From positions 2,460,001 to 2,492,000 of the forward strand of contig NZ_LT934425.1 in assembly GCF_900232105.1 (NCBI RefSeq): a stretch of DNA of 32,000 nt. Reading direction: 5' to 3'. This DNA is from Candidatus Kuenenia stuttgartensis. Lineage in GTDB: Bacteria; Planctomycetota; Brocadiia; Brocadiales; Brocadiaceae. The notes under the pieces were generated by a model. The model worked only from the letters and a program-made list of their open reading frames with translations. It made no database searches and was not told where the DNA came from. Position 1 is the first letter of the stretch. Each line of letters starts with the position of its first letter. The position numbers and the translations under genes are program-made. Below are positions 25,275-32,000 of the stretch, one piece after another.

Positions 25275-26263
25275 TTATTTCACGAACACCGCACCGGATT
25301 TCATTTTTTGGAGGCGGAACAGATTATCCAGCATGGTATTTGGAAAATGGGGGAAAAGTTTTAGGTGTGGCAATTGATAAATATTGCTATATAACCTGCC
25401 GAAAGCTTCCCCCCTTTTTTAGTCATAAGCACAGAATTGTATATTCTAAAGTGGAAACGGTAAATCAACTGAAGGAAATTCAGCATCCTTCTGTAAGAGA
25501 AACCTTAAAATACCTAAATATCAAAAATGGGTTAGAAATTCATCACGATGGAGATATTCCTGCTCGCTCTGGTATGGGTTCAAGCTCTGCCTTTACCGTA
25601 GGACTTCTTAATACTCTATACGCGCTCGAAGGAAGAGTCGTAACGAAAGAGAGCCTTTATAAAGAAGCAATACACATTGAACAGAATTTAATAAAAGAAA
25701 ATGTGGGATCCCAGGATCAGGCTTGGGCTGCTTGTGGAGGACTGAACATTATTGAATTTCTACAAAATGGAGAGATTTTAGTTAAGCCAATAATAATGCG
25801 AGAAAGTCTTTTGAGAAGTTTTGAAAACAAGTTCATGCTTTTTTTTACATGGTTATCAAGGAATTCTTCAGAAGTAGCAAAAGAGCAGATCGAGAATACG
25901 CAGAAAAACAGGAACGAGTTAACAGAAATGACTGGGATAGTCAATGCGGCGTATAAAATACTTGTTTCAGGGAAAAGTGATTTTGCTGAGTTTGGAAAAC
26001 TTTTAAATGAATCCTGGAGATTAAAAAAACGGCTTTCTACAAAAATCACCAATGGTGAAATAGATGCTATTTATGAAAAAGCGCTTAAAAATGGGGCTGT
26101 TGGTGGTAAATTGCTTGGGGCGGGTAGTGGAGGTTTTATCCTTTTTTATGTAGAACCTGAAAATCAAGCTAGGGTAAAAGAGGCATTAAAAGGATATTTG
26201 CACGTTCCCTTTAAGTTTGATTTTTCGGGATCTGAAATAATGGTGTATCAACCTGGTTTTTAA
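25271..26263 (+). CDS. hddA: GHMP family kinase, D-glycero-D-manno-heptose-7-phosphate kinase-like
   Basis: [28 protein letters not shown]...[22 protein letters not shown]...[19 protein letters not shown]. Confidence 0.82.
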   Translation: [330 protein letters not shown]

Positions 26264-26285
26264 GTTAAGAATAAGGAAAAATATA

Positions 26286-27446
26286 ATGAGATACGAACTT
26301 ACCAGTTCAACATGGAGTGAAGAGGAAAAGCAAACCATACGAGAGATTATTGAGTCTGGAATGTATACCATGGGAAGGCATGTAAAGGAGTTTGAAGAGA
26401 AATTTGCAAAATATTTTGGTATGAAATACGCCGTTATGGTAAATTCCGGCTCATCAGCGAATCTTATTGCGGTGGCTTCATTTTTTTATAAAAAAGAAAA
26501 CCCCCTCAAAAGAGGTGATGAAGTAATCGTACCATGTATTTCATGGGCAACTACTTTTCATCCACTTCAACAATACGGCTTAAAACTGAAATTCGTTGAT
26601 ATTGATTTGAACACATTAAATTATGATATAGATGAGCTTAAAAAAGCCTTAACTAAAGATACCAAAATGATAGTTGCGGTAAGTATTTTAGGGAATCCCT
26701 GTCCGTTTGATGAAATAACAAAATTATGTGAAGAAAATAATATCATTCTTTTTGAGGATAATTGCGAATCAATGGGCGCTAAGTTTCATGGTAAGTATAC
26801 AGGGACATTTGGACTCGTGAATACCTTCAGCACGTTCTTTTCACATCATATTTCAACTATGGAAGGGGGGCTTGTTTTAACCAATGATAAAGAAATTTAC
26901 AATCTCCTGAAATCAATCAGAAACCACGGCTGGATAAGGGGGCAGGATGCAGATAGTCCGATTTTCGAGAGGAGAGGGGACGATTTTTTTGAGGCATACA
27001 GATTCATTCTTCCTGGTTATAATGTAAGACCAGGAGAAATCCATGGCGCTGCAGGCAGAAAACAGTTAGATAAATTAGAAAGTTTTGTGAAGACCAGAAG
27101 AGAGAATGCAGGACATTTTGTGCAACTTTTTGGCAATGATGAAAGATTTATAATACAAAAAGAAATTGGAGAAAGTTCGTGGTTCTGTTTTACAATGATT
27201 ATTAATCCAAAACTAAATATTGATAGAAAAAAAGTATTGCAGAAACTAACGGCAGCAAATATCGAACATCGTATCATTACCGGTGGAAACTTTTTAAGGC
27301 ATGATGTAATTAAATATTATGATTACGAGGTCGTAAGTAGAAAAAATGCCGATATAGCCCATGACTACGGATTTTTTGTTGGGAATCATCCTTACGATAT
27401 AAGAGATAAAATACATTATTTGTATAAAACATTGGAACAGATTTAA
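26286..27446 (+). CDS. DegT/DnrJ/EryC1/StrS fold sugar 3-dehydratase (ColD/RfbH-like)
   Basis: NTFSTFFSHHISTMEGGLVLTND...LPGYNVRPGEIHGAAGRKQLDKL; His occupies the position of the usual PLP-binding Lys. Confidence 0.88.
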   Translation: MRYELTSSTWSEEEKQTIREIIESGMYTMGRHVKEFEEKFAKYFGMKYAVMVNSGSSANLIAVASFFYKKENPLKRGDEVIVPCISWATTFHPLQQYGLKLKFVDIDLNTLNYDIDELKKALTKDTKMIVAVSILGNPCPFDEITKLCEENNIILFEDNCESMGAKFHGKYTGTFGLVNTFSTFFSHHISTMEGGLVLTNDKEIYNLLKSIRNHGWIRGQDADSPIFERRGDDFFEAYRFILPGYNVRPGEIHGAAGRKQLDKLESFVKTRRENAGHFVQLFGNDERFIIQKEIGESSWFCFTMIINPKLNIDRKKVLQKLTAANIEHRIITGGNFLRHDVIKYYDYEVVSRKNADIAHDYGFFVGNHPYDIRDKIHYLYKTLEQI

Positions 27447-27460
27447 AGGAGAAATAGTAA

Positions 27461-28399
27461 ATGAGTTACAATATATTAGTTACCGGCGGAGCTGGGTATT
27501 TGGGTTCAGTACTGGTTCCCGAATTGTTAAAATTAGGACACAAAGTAACTGTTTTAGACAATTTTATGTTCGGTCAAAGCCCTTTGCTGGACTGTTGCTC
27601 AAGTGAAAATTTTAATGTGGTAAGAGGAGATGCAAGAGATGAGGATATTCTAAAACTTCTTCTGGAAAAAGCTGATTATATTATACCTTTAGCGGCATTA
27701 GTAGGCGCCCCACTTTGCAGCAGAGACAAAATAGGAACGATAACCACTATTCGAGATGCAGCGGCTTCCCTGGTTAAGCTTGCCTCAAAAGAACAGAGAT
27801 TCATCATACCTACAACGAACAGCGGTTATGGCATTGGACAAAAAGGGGTGTATTGTACTGAAGAAACTCCTTTGAATCCCATTACACTATATGGAAAGGC
27901 TAAGGTAGAAGCGGAAAAGATTGTACTCGATAAAGGAAATTCAATAAGTTTCAGGTTAGCAACGGTATTTGGCACGTCTCCCAGGATGCGACTTGACTTA
28001 TTGGTAAATGATTTTACCTACAGGGCAGTCAAAGATAGATTTGTAGTGATTTTTGAAGGTCATTTTAAACGAAACTACATCCATATTCGGGACGTAGCAA
28101 GGGCATTTATACATGCCGTAAATAATTTTGATACGATGAAAAATGAGCCTTATAACGTAGGCTTGTCGGATGCAAATCTATCAAAACTTGAACTCTGTGC
28201 AAAGATAAAAGAGTATGTTCCGGATTTTGTATATTTAGAGTCGCCGATAGGTGAAGACCCTGATAAAAGAGATTATATTGTATCAAATGAAAAAATTGAA
28301 AAAACAGGATTTAATCCTGTCTATTCGCTTGAAATGGGAATAAAAGAGCTTATTAAAGGATACAAGATTATTACGAATAGTAAGTACTCAAACGTATGA
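27461..28399 (+). CDS. NAD-dependent epimerase/dehydratase (extended SDR)
   Basis: ILVTGGAGYLGSVLVPELL, NSGYGIG, YGKAKVEAEK motifs. Confidence 0.92.
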   Translation: MSYNILVTGGAGYLGSVLVPELLKLGHKVTVLDNFMFGQSPLLDCCSSENFNVVRGDARDEDILKLLLEKADYIIPLAALVGAPLCSRDKIGTITTIRDAAASLVKLASKEQRFIIPTTNSGYGIGQKGVYCTEETPLNPITLYGKAKVEAEKIVLDKGNSISFRLATVFGTSPRMRLDLLVNDFTYRAVKDRFVVIFEGHFKRNYIHIRDVARAFIHAVNNFDTMKNEPYNVGLSDANLSKLELCAKIKEYVPDFVYLESPIGEDPDKRDYIVSNEKIEKTGFNPVYSLEMGIKELIKGYKIITNSKYSNV

Positions 28400-28472
28400 A
28401 AATTAGAAAATGAGACACAGTCAATGCGAATTTTGGAAAAGAAAACCTATTTAAGAAATGGGGGTTAGAAAG

Positions 28473-28820
28473 ATGACCATTTTAAAGGCATTAACAGGTA
28501 GTATTGAGAATTTGCCGTCTTTGCGCCTGCATATATTGCTAACAAAGGAGGATGATGTTATAGTTGCGCGGTGTTTGGATTTTTCGGTTTCAAGCCATGG
28601 GAATAGTGAAACTGAGGCGCTTAACTCTTTAAGCGATAGTATAAAGGACTATATTGGCCATGCTATAGAACATGATGCATTAGATGAAATTATCGATCCA
28701 GACGAAGATGAGTTTTGGGAAGCATTTAGAAAATCAGAATTACAGGATGAGTTGCTAAATATCAAGGAGAACATTGATATTTTAAAAACTAAGAAAATAA
28801 ACGAAGTAACCTATGCCTAA
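28473..28820 (+). CDS. HicB-like antitoxin
   Basis: LHILLTKEDDVIVARCLDFSVSSHGNSETEALNSLSDSIKDYI; overlaps the HicA-like gene. Start 28473 preferred over 28458. Confidence 0.82.
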   Translation: MTILKALTGSIENLPSLRLHILLTKEDDVIVARCLDFSVSSHGNSETEALNSLSDSIKDYIGHAIEHDALDEIIDPDEDEFWEAFRKSELQDELLNIKENIDILKTKKINEVTYA

Positions 28821-29034
28821 AGCCCTTGAACTAAGAAAGGTTATTGAACTACTAAAAAATTATGGAATTGAATTTGACTCAAAAAGTGGCGGCAGGCATT
28901 CTGGGAAATTTATAAAAATGGGGAAATCTTTTCCCGTTAAGGCGCATGGCATGAAAACAACAATATTGCCGTATGCGTTAAAAGGACTGATAAAGAAATT
29001 TGAACTTCCTTCTGATATCTTTGATAGAAAATAA
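28813..29034 (+). CDS. HicA-like mRNA interferase toxin
   Basis: LRKVIELLKNYGIEFDSKSGGRHSGKFIKMGKSFPVKAHGMKTTILPYALKGLIKKFELP. Confidence 0.78.
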   Translation: MPKALELRKVIELLKNYGIEFDSKSGGRHSGKFIKMGKSFPVKAHGMKTTILPYALKGLIKKFELPSDIFDRK

Positions 29035-29036
29035 TT

Positions 29037-29978
29037 ATGAATAAAGATTCAAAAATCTATTTGGCTGGACATACTGGCCTATTAGGCTCTGCGTTACTAA
29101 AAAGATTGAAATCAGAAGGTTATTCAAATATCGTTATGCGAACTCATACTGAGCTTGATTTAACAAGGCAAGAATCTGTTGATGAATTTTTTAAGAATGA
29201 ACAACCGGAGTATGTATTTTTGTGCGCCGGACTGACAGGAGGTATTATTGCAAATAAGACATATCCTGCAACCTTCATGCATACGAATATAGCAATCCAG
29301 GACAATGTTTTTGAAGCAGTTCAAAAATACGGGGTTCAGCACTTAGTGTTTTATGGTTCGTCATGTGTGTATCCAAAAAATTGTCCGCAGCCCATAAAAG
29401 AAGAATATTTATTGACTGGTGAAATAGAAGAAACCAGTGAGGCTTATGCAGCAGCGAAAATTGCAGGCATAATTGCTTGTAAGTCGTATAACAATCAATA
29501 TAAAACAAACCGATTCATTGTCCTGATTCCCAATTCAATGTATGGTCCAAACGATAATTTTGACCTGGAGAATTCCCATGTGCTTTCTGCCTTAATAAGA
29601 AGATTTTATGAGGCAAAGACAGAAGGAAGAAACAGAATAACTCTTTGGGGCAGTGGGAATCCGCGAAGGGAGTTTATGTTTAGTGATGATGTTGCTGATG
29701 CTTCCGTTTTTGCCATGAAAAATGTAGAAAGACTTCAAAATACACATTACAATATAGGAACTGGAATTGATTATTCAATAAAAGAGCTTGCTGAAATTAT
29801 AGCAAAAGTTGTAGGGTTTAAGGGTAAGATTGAATGGGATACAACAAGACCAGATGGTATCCAGAGAAAACTCTTGGATAGTTCAAGGTTTTATAGTCTG
29901 GAATGGAAGCCATTTACTGCGATTAAAGATGGACTGAAAATAACTTATGAGTGGTTTAAAAATATCCAAAAACAGTAA
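29037..29978 (+). CDS. GDP-L-fucose synthase / GDP-colitose synthase-like SDR
   Basis: KIYLAGHTGLLGSALLKRL, FLCAGLTGGIIANKTYPATF, YGSSCVYPKNCPQPIKEEYLLTG, AYAAAKIAGI motifs of the Fcl/ColC family. Confidence 0.88.
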   Translation: MNKDSKIYLAGHTGLLGSALLKRLKSEGYSNIVMRTHTELDLTRQESVDEFFKNEQPEYVFLCAGLTGGIIANKTYPATFMHTNIAIQDNVFEAVQKYGVQHLVFYGSSCVYPKNCPQPIKEEYLLTGEIEETSEAYAAAKIAGIIACKSYNNQYKTNRFIVLIPNSMYGPNDNFDLENSHVLSALIRRFYEAKTEGRNRITLWGSGNPRREFMFSDDVADASVFAMKNVERLQNTHYNIGTGIDYSIKELAEIIAKVVGFKGKIEWDTTRPDGIQRKLLDSSRFYSLEWKPFTAIKDGLKITYEWFKNIQKQ

Positions 29979-30819
29979 GGATAATATACCTAAAGAAGAA
30001 TCAAAAAATTTGATCGAATTTTTAAAAAATAAAGCCTTATGGGTGCGTAAAGAGACCTTGAATATTCACAGGATAGCACAGGAAACAAGACTGGCTTCCT
30101 CTTTATCTGCTGTGGAGATATTTGTGGCTTTGTTTTATGGTAGGATTCTAAATTTTGATCCCAAAAATACCCTATGGGGAAATAGGGACAGATTTATTAT
30201 CAGTAAGGGTCATGGTTCAATTTCATTGTATCCGGTACTTGCAGATTTGGGATATTTTGATATGCAGGAATTGAAACGGGTGTGCAAAGAGGGTTCTTTT
30301 CTCGGAGCAATTCCGGATACTATAATCCCCGGATACGAGACAATAAACGGCTCTTTAGGACACGGTCTTGGGGTTGCGTGCGGTATTTCCCTTGCTTTGA
30401 AAAGAAAAAACAAAAGTGAAGAAGTTTTTGTACTTCTTGGTGATGGTGAATTATACGAGGGTTCGGTATGGGAAGCAGTCATGTTTGCAGGGGCGCATAA
30501 ATTGGATAATCTGGTATTAATAATAGATAACAATAAAATTTGTATGCTTGATTATTGTAAAAATATACTGGATTTAGAACCTCTTAGCGAGAAGTTCAAG
30601 ATGTTTAGATGGATGGTTAGAGCAGTTGATGGGCACGACATTAATCAATTATATAAGTCCTTAAAAGAATTAAAAGAGAGTAAAGATAACAAACCAAAAT
30701 TATTGATAGCTAGTACTGTAAAAGGAAAGGGTATACCAAGCCTTGAAAATGACCCCTTGAGTCATATAAAAAACATAAAACCTGACGAAATTGACAAAGC
30801 AATAGAGGAATTAAAATGA
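29947..30819 (+). CDS. Transketolase N-terminal (TPP-binding) subunit
   Basis: RLASSLSAVEIFVALFYG...ISKGHGSISLYPVLADLG...GSLGHGLGVACGISLALK...LLGDGELYEGSVWEAVMFAGAHKLDNLVLIIDNN. Confidence 0.93.
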   Translation: MSGLKISKNSKDNIPKEESKNLIEFLKNKALWVRKETLNIHRIAQETRLASSLSAVEIFVALFYGRILNFDPKNTLWGNRDRFIISKGHGSISLYPVLADLGYFDMQELKRVCKEGSFLGAIPDTIIPGYETINGSLGHGLGVACGISLALKRKNKSEEVFVLLGDGELYEGSVWEAVMFAGAHKLDNLVLIIDNNKICMLDYCKNILDLEPLSEKFKMFRWMVRAVDGHDINQLYKSLKELKESKDNKPKLLIASTVKGKGIPSLENDPLSHIKNIKPDEIDKAIEELK

Positions 30820-31778
30820 TTACAGAGAGAAAGAGCATGAGGGATGTCTTTATAGAACAGATTTATCATCGTATGTCTGATAACAGCTCAATCTTTTTTC
30901 TCTCTGCTGATTTTGGTTCACCGAAGCTTGATAAACTGAGAGAGGATTTTAGTGACAGATTTATAAATGTTGGTATTGCAGAGCAGAACCTAATAAATGT
31001 CTCGACAGGTTTAGCGTTGGAAGGGTTTACTGTGTATGCCTATGCTATTGCACCATTTTTGATAATGAGGGCTTATGAACAGATAAGAAATAACCTCTCT
31101 CTGCTTTCCCATACTCATAAGGTAAATGTAAACTTGGTGGGAGTTGGCGCAGGCTTGAGCTACGATGTATCAGGACCAACGCACCACAGCCTCGAAGATA
31201 TCAGTATAATAAGAACCTTACCCAACCTAAGCATTTTTTCTCCCAGCGATTGTTTACTCGCAGAGAAGTTTGTGGATTATTCAATAGAACACAAAAGCCC
31301 GAAATATATCAGGTTTGACGGTAAGCCATTGCCGGTTATTTATGGAAACACGAAGAGTTTGGATATACAGATCGGATTTTTTGAACTGACAAAGGGCGAC
31401 AATGTATGTTTGGTTTCAACGGGCTATATGACGCATACAGCCCTGAAGGTAGTTGAGAAATTGACCAAGGAAAATGTTTTTATCGGGCTTGTTGATGTTT
31501 TTCTGATAAAACCGCTTTATGAGGATTTACTTTTTGAGGCACTGAGTAAATATAAATATGTGATAACTCTTGAAGAGGCATTTATAAATAAAGGTGGCCT
31601 GGACAGTCTGGTATCAGGCATTTTAAATAATAAAGAAGCAAGCATTAAATTAAAAAAAATGGGATTTAGCGATAAATATCTTTTTGAGATGGGCGGAAGG
31701 GATTGCATGCACAAGTTAAATGGACTGGATGAAGACAGTATTGTCAAAGATATAAAAGACTTGCTGAGAAAGATATAA
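30816..31778 (+). CDS. Transketolase C-terminal subunit
   Basis: FINVGIAEQNLINVSTGLALEGFTVYAYAIAPFLIMRAYEQIRNN...GPTHHSLEDISIIRTLPNLSIFSPSD; start overlaps the N-terminal subunit stop. Confidence 0.93.
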   Translation: MITERKSMRDVFIEQIYHRMSDNSSIFFLSADFGSPKLDKLREDFSDRFINVGIAEQNLINVSTGLALEGFTVYAYAIAPFLIMRAYEQIRNNLSLLSHTHKVNVNLVGVGAGLSYDVSGPTHHSLEDISIIRTLPNLSIFSPSDCLLAEKFVDYSIEHKSPKYIRFDGKPLPVIYGNTKSLDIQIGFFELTKGDNVCLVSTGYMTHTALKVVEKLTKENVFIGLVDVFLIKPLYEDLLFEALSKYKYVITLEEAFINKGGLDSLVSGILNNKEASIKLKKMGFSDKYLFEMGGRDCMHKLNGLDEDSIVKDIKDLLRKI

Positions 31779-31786
31779 GGCAGAGA

Positions 31787-32000
31787 ATGGATATAGTCTT
31801 AATTAATCCTGGTGACAGGAAGCAGGTTTATCAAAACCTTGGGGAAGACTACGCTGCAATTGAACCTCCGTTCTGGATTGCTGTAATAGGTGCTTATCTT
31901 AGAAATAATGGGTTTGATGTGGCAGTTATTGATGCAAACGCTGAAAATATTTCTCCACAAGAAACTGCAGAAAAAGCAAATAGATTACAACCGTTATTGT
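31787..32000 (+). CDS. N-terminus of a probable B12-binding-domain radical SAM protein (partial)
   Basis: MDIVLINPGDRKQVYQNLGEDYAAIEPPFWIAVIGAYLRNNGFDVAVIDANAENISPQE. Confidence 0.65.
   Translation, partial: MDIVLINPGDRKQVYQNLGEDYAAIEPPFWIAVIGAYLRNNGFDVAVIDANAENISPQETAEKANRLQPLL

Overview
The window has three parts. (1) 1-4444 is most of an N-ATPase-like F-type ATPase operon: the 3' end of the epsilon gene, then Q/AtpI-like, a, c, b-delta fusion, alpha and gamma, with no atpR-like gene between atpQ and atpB. (2) 4450-22690 is a heavily rearranged accessory region. It holds a LOG-family gene, an MBL/beta-CASP gene and a truncated acetate kinase start. It also holds many intact or decayed toxin-antitoxin modules: UPF0175/DUF3368, DUF4258/YgiT-type, ParE-like, PIN, DUF433 and RelE-like. 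Transposase remnants include an ISAzo13-like element, IS630-like elements, four full or partial copies of a REP-associated tyrosine (Y1/IS200-like) transposase, and an Rpn/PDDEXK family gene. Small MITE-like elements with visible terminal inverted repeats and 9-bp target duplications are present, as are degenerate heptanucleotide arrays. (3) 22702-32000 is a surface-polysaccharide/nucleotide-sugar cluster: ABC exporter, heptose-1-P guanylyltransferase-like, heptose-7-P kinase-like, ColD/RfbH-like aminotransferase with His in place of the PLP Lys, SDR, HicBA, Fcl/ColC-like, split transketolase, and the start of a radical SAM-like protein. The gene content resembles an anammox planctomycete (Brocadiales); this is an inference only. 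No CRISPR array, rRNA or tRNA was recognised. The most distinctive signals are the 141-bp MITE found at the same target site in opposite orientations in two transposase gene copies, the atpR-less ATPase with an incomplete Na+ signature in subunit c, and a proposed transketolase-to-heptose-to-3-deoxysugar pathway. No clearly new defence system is evident.
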